Assembly (NCBI RefSeq): GCF_035083965.1
Contig: NC_089722.1
Span: 25,419,081-25,483,080, forward strand
From: Branchiostoma lanceolatum
Taxonomy: Eukaryota
DNA length: 64,000 bases
Direction: 5' to 3'
Shown here: positions 49,564 to 61,407 of the stretch, in pieces
Position numbering within the stretch: the stretch's first letter is position 1
How the letters are laid out: the number at the start of each line of letters is the position of its first letter
Notes under the pieces: generated by a model
Databases searched by the model: none
Told to the model about the DNA's origin: nothing
Seen by the model: the letters and a program-made list of their open reading frames with translations, nothing else
Position numbers and translations under genes: made by a program

Positions 49564-51897
49564 TAGGTGTCCGCTTCTTGTAAAAAAAAAACTGTTTGAA
49601 CTGAAACACTGGTAATTATTTTGTCTTTTCAGGATGTTTTTCTCTAAGCTACTTAAATCATGAAAGATATTCCAGATATTCACATATTAAAGATAGTATT
49701 GTATGAATAAAGACTTGTTATTCATACACAGGTACATGTAAGTCCAGAACATCTATCCTACCTTCTGTTCATCAAAACATTTGGAACTTTTGAGTGCTTT
49801 ATTGTGCCAGTCTATGTTTACAGATTGAAATAAACAGTTTGAAAGGAGTCTTCAACCTTCATTTTTCTTAAATTTTTAACTATCAACAGGGGACACATAC
49901 TGCTGGAGAATAATGCATTTACTTTTGATTGTTCAAGTACAAATTGGGTACAAAATCGGAATATCACGAGGCAAGATATAGGACCTTGATTATATATCTT
50001 ATGTGAAAATAACACAGATGTAATGTGGCTTTGAAACCATTATCTATAGGCGGCCAGTATGGTAATCTCAATGCAAATCAAAAATGAACCTTAGTTTATC
50101 ACTCATAAATTTAGTAAACTGGCATCAGTAGAGTGGTAATGACTTACATAAATAACATTATTGAACAGCAAGCAATACACAAGACATGGAAAGGCTATGA
50201 AATGAAAGAACATCTCGCTTGCAACAACATAATGTAAGACTTGTACAGTTGTCAATATTGAAACTACAAATAAAGTTTATACAACGTACATAGGGTTCAA
50301 TAATAGCAATAGCAATCTGTTTCAAATAAACAAGAGCCCTGACCAGCATAATCACCTGGAACATCTACATAAAGACTATTACATGTTCAGGCTATCCCAG
50401 GCCCACAAAAGCGCCAACAATTTGAGGTATCTTTACCTGGAGCTGCCATGCTAATATGTCACTCAATAGACAGAGTTACAAAATTTTCTATTGACTGTCA
50501 GTACTGCATATCAAAATTCAATCTTTGTGATACTTGTGAAAATATCTTCTTATGTAAATTACATTTATTGAAATGCAGAATGAGTTATGTACATTTGGAA
50601 TGTTCACATTTGATGTTGAGAAGTAGACACAGCTGAACATTGCCAGAACTTGGACCAAACAAGCACATCTGAAAACAGAATGTGAAAATGGAACATTGCT
50701 AATGTTACCAATCATACAATGGAAACATCAGTTAATACTTAAGTTCCTATGAGATAAAAGTGCAATAAACATCTAAAATATAGGTAGAGGTGCATTGAGA
50801 ATTCCATCAGTGCTGAGACTTGAATATACCAACAAATATACTGTACAGAATCAATAATTACAAACATAATCTAACCATTACATTTAACATTACAAGAAAG
50901 TACTTAATAAAGAGTGTTTAAACTAAGTTTCCTTCCATAAACATCAACTGAATATCATTAAACAAATATCATGTGGCATAACGTCTGTATGTATTTTGGC
51001 ACCAATGTGCAATTGAGAAAAAGACCTTTAAAAATACAGTATACAAATTATTATAAAAGCATGGTGAAGTGACAGCAGAGAGTGCAAGAAGTCTACCCTA
51101 CTTTCTGTTCCTATTTGAATATTGCCTCTAAATTCTTATAAATGTTTTTGTATTGCCATCACCTATTTCTTCTGGGTATCTCCTCTATGTGTTTTGGTGT
51201 ATTTATTTTTATTCATCTGACTATGTCTGTGGAGAAAGAGATGACATCATTGAAATCTTCTTCCACATCTGTGACACATTCAGCCATTTTCATTGGTGAA
51301 ATCTTAGTCCTCATATTTCCCCATTTTGTTCTCCATTTTCTGCTGCTTCTTCCTCAGCCTCTTCCTTAACCTCTTCTGTCATCTGTAGGAGACAAATTTT
51401 GTTTATTTCCAGATAGCAAGCAGATTCATCTTTACTTCATTGTTTCCTAATTGTCCACTGTTAATTCAATTATATTAAACACCCACACCACCAATGGTAA
51501 ATGAGCATACAGACATCCCAATTAGTAAGGAAAGAAGCCATGTAAACCAGAAAAGTATTTGTGTAAAGAGTAAATAGAAGGTGCATGATATTTTGTTACA
51601 ACTTGCTTCAAGCATTATTTATACAGCATACAAGCTACATTGGTGTTTTCAGTCACTACTGTCTACTAAAGCAGCTAACAAAACACTACTTTTATTACAT
51701 CTACCCTGGGCTCCTAACGATATGACCAATAATGTCAACAGACATATAGTTTGGAGCCCAGGCTTGTAAAAATCACCATAAAGTCAGACCCTAACCTCCA
51801 GTTTAGTATAGGTGCTGCTCAGAGTGCTTGTGTCTGAAAAGACAAAGGAAACCACCCTTCACCATTAAGATGCATTCCTACATGCAAACATATCTGC

Positions 51898-52890
51898 TAC
51901 TCTCCAAGCAGAGGTTGGTGGGGAAGATTGTCACCGTTTTATTATATGCCTCGTTTTTTTGTCCGCTCGCCCCACCAACCTCTGCTCCACGTCGCGGGCT
52001 CAAAGGCTATTAACAGCTAATCGTTGCCTTATCAAACTTCACTTACCGTGTAGGTGTGAATTACGACCATAGAAACCTACATTGTACCCTCAGCCTATAT
52101 CCCGTTGCCGTTACAGGAGAGTTTCTGTTACCTAAGTTTGAATTTCCAACTGCTTTCTGCAACATGGATGGCAGAGTTCTTGAGATATTGGGGGACTTGA
52201 AGCCCCAAAAGCCATCAGACTGCATTGTGGCGGCTTTTAAATAAATCAAAGGGAAGAATGTTTTCGCCGAGGAATGCTGACAGAGACGGGAAAGTCCCTT
52301 GTTCTGGGTGCGCCACTGTGTCTTACATAACAACAAAAACGTTGTGAGCTACGAGCCCTGAGTCAGTTATCAGGTCAATTATTTTGAACAATCTGTCTTT
52401 TGTTTATATCACTTCCGATTCATACGAGTTCTTGTGTTTACATAGCCAAGCCGACCGAAGTGAGTTGCACGTGCGGCGATCGTAAAGGGGGAGGGGGGCA
52501 GCGCCCGGTATTTTGCATTGTGGCCCTTCAAATATATGAATATATCATGCAAAATTGTCATCGGCTTTGAAATAACCTACCTTTACTTTGTCTTTTAACA
52601 TTTTGATGCCAATAGTATACTGTTGGCCGTGGATATGCGATGTCCATTGTCTGTGCCGGATTTGCGGCCGTGGGTGGACCCCCAATAAAACTATTTCCGC
52701 TACCCATCCACAGCTTGCGGAAAATAGGGGCACGGGGAGGGACTTTGACACATTTCCCAAAGAACTACTCCTCCCCTTGTCCTTTGAGCCCGCGACGTGG
52801 AGCAGAGGTTGGTGGGGCGAGCGGACAAAAAAAACGAGGCATATAATAAAACGGTGACAATCTTCCCCACCAACCTCTGCTTGGAGAGTA
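51898..52890. mobile_element. ~1-kb non-autonomous Mutator-like element with ~105-bp terminal inverted repeats; 9-bp TSD CATATCTGC / TATATCTGC
   Basis: 5' TIR tACTCTCCAAGCAGAGGTTGGTGGGGAAGATTGTCACCGTTTTATTATATGCCTCGTTTTTTTGTCCGCTCGCCCCACCAACCTCTGCTCCACGTCGCGGGCTCAAAGG (51898-52004). Its reverse complement is at 52783-52890. Each TIR contains a stem CAGAGGTTGGTGGGG/CCCCACCAACCTCTG. This explains ORFs 51828..52013(+) and 52700..52924(-), which share SKQRLVGKIVTVLLYASFF. Confidence 0.75.
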
Positions 52891-52942
52891 TATATCTGCC
52901 ACACAACACACACACAGCAATCATGTTTTTGTATTACATGTA

Positions 52943-53020
52943 CTATAACGTTCTATAAAAGAGCATAACACAGTTTGCACTCTTGCCACATGGCAGGTAG
53001 TCTCCTTCAAAGTAGACGAA
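52943..53020 (-). CDS. Ser/Pro-rich coiled-coil protein (family unassigned), terminal coding exon 13; stop TAG 52943-52945
   Basis: Acceptor ctgtggtgcag|T. FVYFEGDYLPCGKSANCVMLFYRTL*. Confidence 0.5.
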   Translation of the reverse strand, partial: FVYFEGDYLPCGKSANCVMLFYRTL

Positions 53021-53053
53021 CTGCACCACAGGTAAGGTGAGAGGTGTGTTTAC

Positions 53054-53170
53054 CTGTTTGCTTGTGTTAGGAGGCAGGGGCAGTGTGGTGTGCTCCTCTA
53101 GACTGGCAACCATCTGTCGAGACTCCTCTAACAGTCGGTGCAGCTTACTGGTCGGGGAGGCTGTTTCAAG
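53054..53170 (-). CDS. coiled-coil gene exon 12
   Basis: Acceptor ccttctgtag|C. LETASPTSKLHRLLEESRQMVASLEEHTTLPLPPNTSKQ. Donor CAG|GTAAAC. Confidence 0.55.
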
Positions 53171-53485
53171 CTACAGAAGGACCAATGAAAAACAAGTTTA
53201 GGACAGACTGTACAAGATTTTTCATCATTACTTAGTCATTTTACAAGCATCTTTCATAAATGAATACTTTTGTATCTTATTGCTTACGCTCTATATTAAT
53301 TACAATTACACGTTTTTGGAGTTATGGATGTTTTGCCAAATGACAAAAACAGACATGACAAAGAAATCACTACAAACTATATCAGCAAAGTGTTTCCCTG
53401 AAGATAATTGTTGTGCACCAAAATGACAAATGCAGCAAACCATTCAGTCATTTCAGATCAAAATAACAGATTCCCCACAACTTAC

Positions 53486-53672
53486 ATCATCAACACTGAG
53501 ATTGTCATTATCCGAGGACCTGTTCAGAGAGCTGTTCCCGTCTAGAGCGCTTTCGTGTCCTGGGTTCCCTCGTGTTGGTGAGGGGAGTGGTCTGATTGGA
53601 CTGCTGCGGGGGGACAGCGAGGGTCTGTAGGGGGAGGAGCTTCTTCTGGGACCACTCAGTTCAAGTTCACCT
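53486..53672 (-). CDS. coiled-coil gene exon 11 (Ser/Pro-rich)
   Basis: Acceptor tttgtttgtag|A. (G)GELELSGPRRSSSPYRPSLSPRSSPIRPLPSPTRGNPGHESALDGNSSLNRSSDNDNLSVDD. Donor GAT|GTAAGT. Confidence 0.6.
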
Positions 53673-53841
53673 CTACAAACAAAAACAAAAACAAAACATG
53701 AACAAGGTTTTTAAAGAGTGAACTGAACTAGTTCCTTTTGCAGAGGATAAATAAATGAATACATCTAATTTGCTCGGCACACAAAATGCCTTGCTGTTTT
53801 CTTTCTACAATTCATTACATCTGTTTCGCAGTCCAACCTAC

Positions 53842-53921
53842 CCCGAGCTCCTGAGTCTGTCTTTGGAGTTGTCCAGGTTGAGTTGTAACAAGGTAATGTC
53901 TCTCTGCTGTCGTTCATATAT
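53842..53921 (-). CDS. coiled-coil gene exon 10
   Basis: Acceptor tttatttcag|A. IYERQQRDITLLQLNLDNSKDRLRSS. Donor GG|GTAGGT. Confidence 0.55.
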
Positions 53922-54089
53922 CTGAAATAAAAACAAACAGAAATGTCACAACAGAAACAAGATCTTAAATGTACCTGCACCATTGAGTGAATTATTTTCA
54001 ACCTGTATCGGGCAATTACATGTATCTCGTTTTCATGAAACATTTTGGCACAATTTCATCATCTGAAAGACATTTACAAAAGTTCCTAC

Positions 54090-54178
54090 CTGTCTTAGAC
54101 TGGCTAGCTCCTGATCTGTCCTCTCCTGTTTGGACCTCTGCAGTTCTAGTAGTTGGTCTTTCCTCTTCTCTCTTTCCG
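54090..54178 (-). CDS. coiled-coil gene exon 9
   Basis: Acceptor tgattttcag|C. (A)ERERRGKDQLLELQRSKQERTDQELASLRQ. Donor CAG|GTAGGA. Confidence 0.55.
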
Positions 54179-54286
54179 CTGAAAATCATAGTATGGAAAC
54201 AGCAGTCAGATAAACCATCCCAATCTATTGCAATGGCAAAAAGTGTGTCTCTGTAACATATTCATGTTGAGAAAAGGATAAGTTAC

Positions 54287-54388
54287 CTGACAATATCAGG
54301 TCCTTCTTGGCCGCTTCTAACTCATTCTGTGCTCTCCTGAGGTTGTCCTGTACAGCTTCTACATCTGCATGCTGTTTCGTCATCTCTT
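54287..54388 (-). CDS. coiled-coil gene exon 8
   Basis: Acceptor ttctgtacag|A. (E)EMTKQHADVEAVQDNLRRAQNELEAAKKDLILS. Donor CAG|GTAACT. Confidence 0.6.
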
Positions 54389-54620
54389 CTGTACAGAATA
54401 TAGGCAAAGGAAAAAAATCAATAATGATAAAAGTGATCAAGTCACACAACAGGAAACACATCAAATAGATAAATCAATTTATGTGACAGAAGGTTCTGTG
54501 TCAAATATCTATTTTCTAAAAACAAAAATGTTCCGTGTCAAATACCCCATTTCTAAGAACTCATCTATAGCTGAAAATGTGCAGTTTTCTACAGTACCTA
54601 TAGCTAAAACACAGCAGTAC

Positions 54621-54714
54621 CTTTGAACCTGTCAATCTCTTTCCTGGACTCGGCATATTTACTCTTCCACTCTGCCAGCTCCCTCCTCAGGTTGGACTCC
54701 ACTTTCTGACATTC
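54621..54714 (-). CDS. coiled-coil gene exon 7
   Basis: Acceptor ttcgttccag|G. ECQKVESNLRRELAEWKSKYAESRKEIDRFK. Donor AAAG|GTACTG. The frame of exon 8 rules out the earlier GT. Confidence 0.6.
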
Positions 54715-55115
54715 CTGGAACGAAAATACGATAAATGACACTACATGCATATAGGTACTCCATCCATTGATAAACCATTTTAGGACTTTTAGAATTTGAA
54801 GCCCTACATGACAGCACATTGTCAGAAGCACACGCAGTCCACTAGCGGTTCACATGATGCAGAGAGTCAGCACGTCCATGCCAATCATCTCTATTACTAA
54901 GCACTTTTAAGAATCATAAAACACCAGCTGGTTGCAGGTTTTAGGCTGGATGGCAGTCAGAAACTAAGTAGAAATCAGAAGCTGATATAAAATGTACAAT
55001 CAGAAAACAGCACACAATAGGCCAGAACAAAGAGTCCAGCTAAAAACCCTGCTATGGAGGCTAGTCCAGCCCTGTGACTTCTGCCCGTACACCTGTCCCT
55101 AGTCCCTACACCTAC

Positions 55116-55295
55116 CCGACATGTGAGGTCCAGTCTCTTCAGCTTGGTGCTCATCTCAGTGATGTGTGAGGACGCCTCCATGAGATCCTTGTCCTTCAGC
55201 TGTAGGAGGGTGGCTAACTCCTGTTCACGTGCCTCCAGGTGTCCCAGGTTAGTCGAGATGTCCCGTAAGGACGTGTTCAGGCTCTCGTTCTTCTC
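55116..55295 (-). CDS. coiled-coil gene exon 6
   Basis: Acceptor ttctgtccacag|G. EKNESLNTSLRDISTNLGHLEAREQELATLLQLKDKDLMEASSHITEMSTKLKRLDLTCR. Donor CGG|GTAGGT. Confidence 0.6.
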
Positions 55296-55766
55296 CTGTG
55301 GACAGAAACGTGTTGTTGTTTGCTTATATGAAAACTGACATAGCTGTGGATGTCTCCCAGCTTTCATAATTAATCAAAAGTTACAACGACAAGACTCTCT
55401 ACAAGAGAAAAATGCCAACCATCGCCCTATAATTTGCACAGATTTTGACCGTATATTAAAAATCACCTTACAGTCAACTCTGTGCTAGTGACCATCTCTT
55501 ACGCGAGAAACCACTTTGCCATTGAAGCCACTTTTTGACAGTCATTTTTCCACTGTCAGTGATTGACCTTACAAATCCAACTCAATATAGAATGGAAAGG
55601 ACATGGCAAGAAAATAGAAATCTAAAGAAAAGCAGCTAATAATTCCTCAAGAAAAGCATGTTCCAGTGACACAGTTCCACAAAGTCTAATTTGCCCCTAG
55701 CAGGTGTTGTTTGTGAAGAATCAATTTTAGTTAGTGTTTGTAGGGAACATTGTTCAAAGAACTCAC

Positions 55767-55933
55767 ATTCAGCATCTCCACCCTCATCTCAGCCTGGCTG
55801 GCTCTCTCAGACTCCTTGACCAGCTGGGCCTGTGTGCTCTCCAGCGCACATGACTTGGACTGGTCCTGGGACTCCACTACTTTAATCTGTGTGTGCATGT
55901 GTTTCAGGTCTTCTGACCGGCTCCGCAACTCTC
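55767..55933 (-). CDS. coiled-coil gene exon 5
   Basis: Acceptor tgttcttcag|G. (G)ELRSRSEDLKHMHTQIKVVESQDQSKSCALESTQAQLVKESERASQAEMRVEMLN. Donor AAT|GTGAGT. Confidence 0.6.
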
Positions 55934-56337
55934 CTGAAGAACATTTAAAGGAGTCAATTACCAACCAAGTCATACACAAAAACAAGTAGCAACCATTTCT
56001 GTGTGTAAATATGTCATTAATTTAGCAAATTTGGAGAAAATTATCCCTCTACTTTGTCAAAATGTTGATGACCATAAAATTTCAACAATACATTTTTGCT
56101 GATTTTCACAACTTACAGTGGCTCTTCACCTATGTATAGACTGTTCTGATACTGAAAGTAATCTTCTATACGATTTTTGAAACCATGCTGTCTCACAGTT
56201 TTATCCACAGCTCTAGTTTCGTTGCAAAGTCTTTCTTCAGCACCTTCCCAGGATATCATAATTCATATACTTGTATTGTAATCACAATTTGAGTATCAAA
56301 AATGACATTTTAATCCTGCACAGTACAGGTACACTAC

Positions 56338-56530
56338 CTTCTAGTCTGGAACACCTCTGCTCGAGCGTCAGTACACGTTGTCTGTCGGCTTCCCATGAGG
56401 CCAGCTGCTTTTGGTGCGCCGATACCATGTCGTTCAGTTCCCTGTCGCGGTCTTTCAGCTCACCAATCAAAAGCTGCAGCTCTTTCCTCTGCTTCTCAAT
56501 GGTGGAACGCTCCAGATCAGTCACATAATT
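56338..56530 (-). CDS. coiled-coil gene exon 4
   Basis: Acceptor cacttctag|A. NYVTDLERSTIEKQRKELQLLIGELKDRDRELNDMVSAHQKQLASWEADRQRVLTLEQRCSRLE. Donor GAAG|GTAGTG. Confidence 0.6.
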
Positions 56531-56788
56531 CTAGAAGTGAAGACATGGGAGTTTACAAAAGACTTCACAAACACAAACATATGCACACACACACACTCAT
56601 TACCCAGCTTATTGTCTTGATGAATGACTTGATCCTCCTCATCTTCTATATAAAGGTTTAACATTCATACACACCCACCACCGTTTTTGAAAAAGAATTA
56701 ATGCCAAGAGTCTCTTCAATGACAAATGTCAAAAATGCTGACTACTTTTAATTAATTACACATGTCATAAAAATTTGTGTCTCTTTAC

Positions 56789-56932
56789 CTGTCTAGGGGG
56801 AGATCCATTGTACATGCGGGTTGGGCTGTTGGACCTGCCCTTGGGGGGAGTTCCCCTGTTAGGACTGGGGGAGCGATAGCTGGAGGCAACAGTGGAGGGT
56901 GGGGCGGGGGAGTAGCCAAGGGGTCGTCCACC
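56789..56932 (-). CDS. coiled-coil gene exon 3 (Ser/Pro-rich)
   Basis: Acceptor ttttttttctcccatccag|G. GGRPLGYSPAPPSTVASSYRSPSPNRGTPPKGRSNSPTRMYNGSPPRQ. Donor CAG|GTAAAG. Confidence 0.6.
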
Positions 56933-57527
56933 CTGGATGGGAGAAAAAAACACCTGAGTCAAGAACTGATACAGAACTTTCAGCTTCTCTTATTGGTAGA
57001 GTTCTAATTCTATTCTACAATAAAACAAAACAAAGAGACTTCATGTATTACAACAGCTGTATTATGTAAATCTTTCAGTATACATTACCAGAATATGTCA
57101 CAGCTGTGGGTCCATCTATTGTTCCTCACAAGTATCAAAGTTCTAAAGCCTTTTAAAGCTGTAGGAACCTGAAAGCCAGGACGTTCTAAAGTGGCCTTCT
57201 AATAAGTTCTATCCATTACCTTTCATGGTCAACAACAAGTCAAAAGGTTCTGCTCCATGCAAACACATACAGTCAACCTTTCTACTGGTTCAACACTGAA
57301 TAATTGATAAATGAGAAAACTACTATACACAAGTGAGATATTATTATTAAGTGCTGTTATCAAACAGCTCACAACTGCCCTTAGGGGACAAGCAAGCTGT
57401 CGCCTTCCCGCAAGGAAAGTAAAAACAATTCTAACATTTCATATACAGTATCACAAGTTCAATACCTTTGGTTACATGTAGTAGATTCTATGACATGCCT
57501 TTTCCAACTTTTCAATATGAAACATAC

Positions 57528-57586
57528 CTTTGATTTTGGTGTACTTTGGTACTGTGGGTCATAGCTGGGAAGACTGTAGTGGTTTG
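57528..57586 (-). CDS. coiled-coil gene exon 2
   Basis: Acceptor tttgttcttgcag|C. (A)NHYSLPSYDPQYQSTPKSK. Donor AAG|GTATGT. Confidence 0.55.
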
Positions 57587-58628
57587 CTGCAAGAACAAAA
57601 AAAGACAAAAAGGGTTAATAATGGTATGGCTATGACAGTATTTTTAAGAGACAGAATGTCCAAATAAATTGTCTTTTAGACTGATATAGACCAAAACATG
57701 AAGACACAAAATTGTGTTATACAATTTACTACAATAATACGGCATGTACATGATATGAAAAAAAAAAAACTCTTTATATATCTTTTACAGAAGATACTTG
57801 TGATAAGACCCATCTAATTCTTTTCATACAAGAATTCCATTCATCAAAACCAGGATCATGCAACATCTGATGCAGCAGCCCACCTGCCACAGTGTAAACA
57901 AGTATCAATTGACGGACGCCTATTGGTGGACAATGGACACAATGTAACTCATTCTCAACAAATTGTCAAACAATCTGTATAAACAAAACTTCATCCCTCC
58001 CCACCCTCCCATTTTGGGAAAGCTACGTACCACGCATCCAAACCAAGCTAAAAGTAACCTTGAAGTAGCAAACTAACACAAAAGGTGCAGTCTGGCATGA
58101 AATGGAAAATTCTGTAGAATCTATCCCTGGGCACTCATTTAGATGGTCAAAATTGAACTGATTGAGGACTAAATGAGGACACATTCTAGAAGCTTAAGGA
58201 TGGTTGTGGGAATTAGTAGGCTTTGTCCTTGCTGAAATCTGAGATCTCAACTTTAGGAAACCTGAGTATAGGATAAAGAAACATGTAAACAGTGTGTCGT
58301 CCTGGCTGCCTAAACACAGATTCAAAAGAGAATGAAAAGTGGTTGGATGTTGGCCATTGTATGCCACTGTTTATAGTACACTGTGTCAAAAAAAAGGGCA
58401 ATGTCGGTTTATACAGAGTTCTGATAGTGACATGGAAATAACAATGTTACCTACACTGAGAGAAAATGATGGCAACAATGTTCAAGTACACCATTCTCCA
58501 AAAAAAAAATGATTTAATACGCATACAAATAAGTATATCCTACAGTGCTTAAAGTAAAGCCAAAATAATTCTCCCAGGCTTAAGAACAACTAGACATTTT
58601 CAAATAACAACCATCGATTACTTGTCTG

Positions 58629-59461
58629 TTACCCAGGAGGAGATATGATACCATCCCAGCATTCCTCAATACACATCCTGCAATACACACCCACAGATGG
58701 CTGACTGTGGGCAAGAAGCATATAGGCTTTTCATGTTGCTTTTGATATTGCAGCAACTGGTGCAATTTGATCGTTAGATTTTCTTCTCTTGACTTGTCGA
58801 AAGACTTGAGTAGTCCACGAGACTGTCTGACCTTTGTAATTTGTGTACAACTTTCTAAATTGTGTCACAAACACTTGCGGAACATTGTACACATATTCAC
58901 CACAAATTTTGTGTCCAAACTTGACCAAACTACAGTGTTTTTCTGAAAACACTGTTGATTGATGATATCATACTACTTGTGCATCAGAAAAACATAAATG
59001 CACCGAAAAGCACCCGTGGGAAAGTGAAGAAAATCATATTTGATATTGTTTTTGTAATAATTGTAAACAAACATAATTTTCTTTACTTTACCATGGGTGC
59101 TTTTTGGTGCATTTGGGTTTTTCTGATGCACAAACAGTATGATATCATCAATCAACAGTGTTTTCAGAAAAACACTGTAGTCTGGTCAAGTTTGGACACA
59201 AAATTTGTGGTGAATATTTGTACAATGGTAAACAAGTGTTTGCGACATAATTTAGAAAGTTGTACGCAAATTACAAAGGTCAGACAGTCTCATGGACTAA
59301 TCAAGTCTTTTGACAATTCAAGAGAAGAAAATCTAACGATCAAATTGCACCAGTTCTTGCAATATCAAAAGCAACATGACAAGTCTATATGATTCTTGCC
59401 CACAGTCAGCCATCTGTGGGTGTGTATTGCAGGATGTGTATTGAAGAATCATGGGTTACCA
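58629..59461. mobile_element. ~830-bp foldback element (two ~390-bp inverted arms at ~90% identity, ~70-bp centre) inside the 3.8-kb intron 1 of the coiled-coil gene
   Basis: 58629 gttaccca...ttcctcaatacacatcctgcaatacacacccacagatggctgactgtgggcaagaa... reverse-complements 59401-59461 ...ttcttgcccacagtcagccatctgtgggtgtgtattgcaggatgtgtattgaagaa...tgggttacc. The arms match throughout (e.g. 58860-59000 vs 59100-59250). This explains mirror ORFs 58955..59392(+) and 58973..59155(-), both starting MIDDIIL. Confidence 0.85.
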
Positions 59462-60379
59462 GTTGTATCAAAAATTCAGCAGTACAAGTTGTAGAACAAA
59501 GACAGAACAAGAGAAAGCTGTTACCTATATTGACATACACCATTCGGAACTGGTTACAGCGCACATTGCAGACGTTACGGTCCATGTTTCCACCAACACT
59601 CGCAGGGAAACGAGAGGAGCTCCAACAAACGTTACAATGTTACCGCCAGAAATGTATCGACAGTGTCCCAAACAGCTGTAACCCACGCTGAGCGGTTACG
59701 GCTACTTGCTCCATTGATTGCTTTAGAATGCAAACCAATCATTGTGCGCTTTCACCCCCTGTAAATATATCCTACAGGCTGTTCTTATGCAGATCACCAT
59801 GTTTATGCAAATTAAAATGAGAGGGAAGCAACTTGTCTTCCATACCATTAGCAACACTTATGGCAACCTTTGTGTCCACCACAAAGGGATCTTTTTGCTT
59901 CACTGGTCTTCTAAACTACGATATTTGAGCTTGAAAATGTTAATCAATTCAAGTGTAGCACAGAATGTATACACGGCAAGTCAGTGCAATTGTTCCTATT
60001 GTTTTTTCAGAAGAGAAAAAAATGTACAAAGAAAATTAGAAAGTACAGTTTGGCCTGCAAAGAACGAATTCTTCTTTTTTTTCTATACAATTTTGTGCTT
60101 ATTTTAGCACAAAGCATTGTGAGGTTTGTCATTCAGGGATGGAAATAAATCTTTACTCTGTTACATGCAAAATCTTTTAATTCAATCAATCACTTCAAGT
60201 TTCATAGTTAAACATGAAAAGCTGTACTTGCATATTGGACTAGAACTAAGAAGAAATATCAAATACTACCGGTAGTAGTGGATCCTATTGATCAATGCTA
60301 ATATAAAGCTTTGTAGCTACATGTGGTGCGCAAGCTCCCCCTGTTGGTTTACCACTGATTAACACATAGCAAAGGTTAC

Positions 60380-60518
60380 TAATCTCCAAGCAGAAGTAGA
60401 AAGGCAAAATCGTAATGTCTCAGTACCGGGAGCACTGGGCTTTTTTACCCCAGTGGCCAATGGATATAGTCTTTGTCGACATAATGATTTTGCCACCAGA
60501 AGATCTGCTTGGAGATTA
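60380..60518. mobile_element. 139-bp MITE; TIR TAATCTCCAAGCAGA...; same family as 23879-24005
   Basis: TAATCTCCAAGCAGAAGTAGAAAGGCAAAATCGTAATGTC ... GACATAATGATTTTGCCACCAGAAGATCTGCTTGGAGATTA. Flanks aaaggttac / aaagtttgt form an imperfect 8-9-bp TSD. Confidence 0.65.
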
Positions 60519-61407
60519 AAAGTTTGTCACAGCTTAACATACATGAAGTGATTGGATCAGTCATGGGGTCACAGTACCCACCTGCATTCTACAGATTATA
60601 AAAATAATGAAACTACAATGTTACAGGCTGGAGAACTTTGAGCTATCATATGTGTTATACTAGTATATGGCCTCCATCGCTCAATATTGACCATGCTAAA
60701 ATCCTAATTCACATCAAAACTTTTTGAGCTCAATTTTTAGACAGGACTCTTTTAGAGTGGGTACTCGCGGTAATACAGGAACAAGACCTCAACCCTACAG
60801 CTTCGGCCATGTATGCGTTAGATCATTGCAAACAGACAAGCAATTACCAATACCTGCACTGTCAGATAGAATTTACAGCTTCTTTGTAATTATATAGGCT
60901 GCTTTGAAAATGCAGTTTCAGGGGAAAGATGAGAACTGTTCCCAATGGTAACTGGGCTAGTTTTGTCATGGCTCACATGTATAACACAAACACACTGGTG
61001 TCCATTTCCCTGTTCTGTGGTCAAGCCCTGATTTGCCCTGGGATTAGTATCAAGTAGGCTGTCCAGGGTGCTTTTCTATGTCTTATTCCAAAACAAACAG
61101 GACACACCAAGAATGTAGGACTGGGTACCATAGCTATAGGATGATATAAGATGACAGAGTTGCAAGTAGACATCCTTAGGATGATATAATATCATCCCAG
61201 CCAGTCCATACTTTCAGTTTCAACACTATTAAAATATCAGCTGGCAAAGCTACTTTGCATAGGACTTCATCTGAGATGGTAGAATTCATTACAATCTATA
61301 GCAAATTCGACAACATTTGCAAATCATATATTTTATGTTCTGCAAACAATTAAAGAGTGAATATAGAAACGTATACGTAACCATTTTACAGGAAGAATTG
61401 TAAGTAC

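Noticed and set aside
51828-52924. ORFs on opposite strands sharing SKQRLVGKIVTVLLYASFF
   Set aside because: Both are read from the two inverted 105-bp TIR copies of the MULE-like element.
58955-59392. 145-aa plus ORF and 60-aa minus ORF both beginning MIDDIIL...HQKN
   Set aside because: These are mirror-image translations of the two arms of the 830-bp foldback element, not genes.
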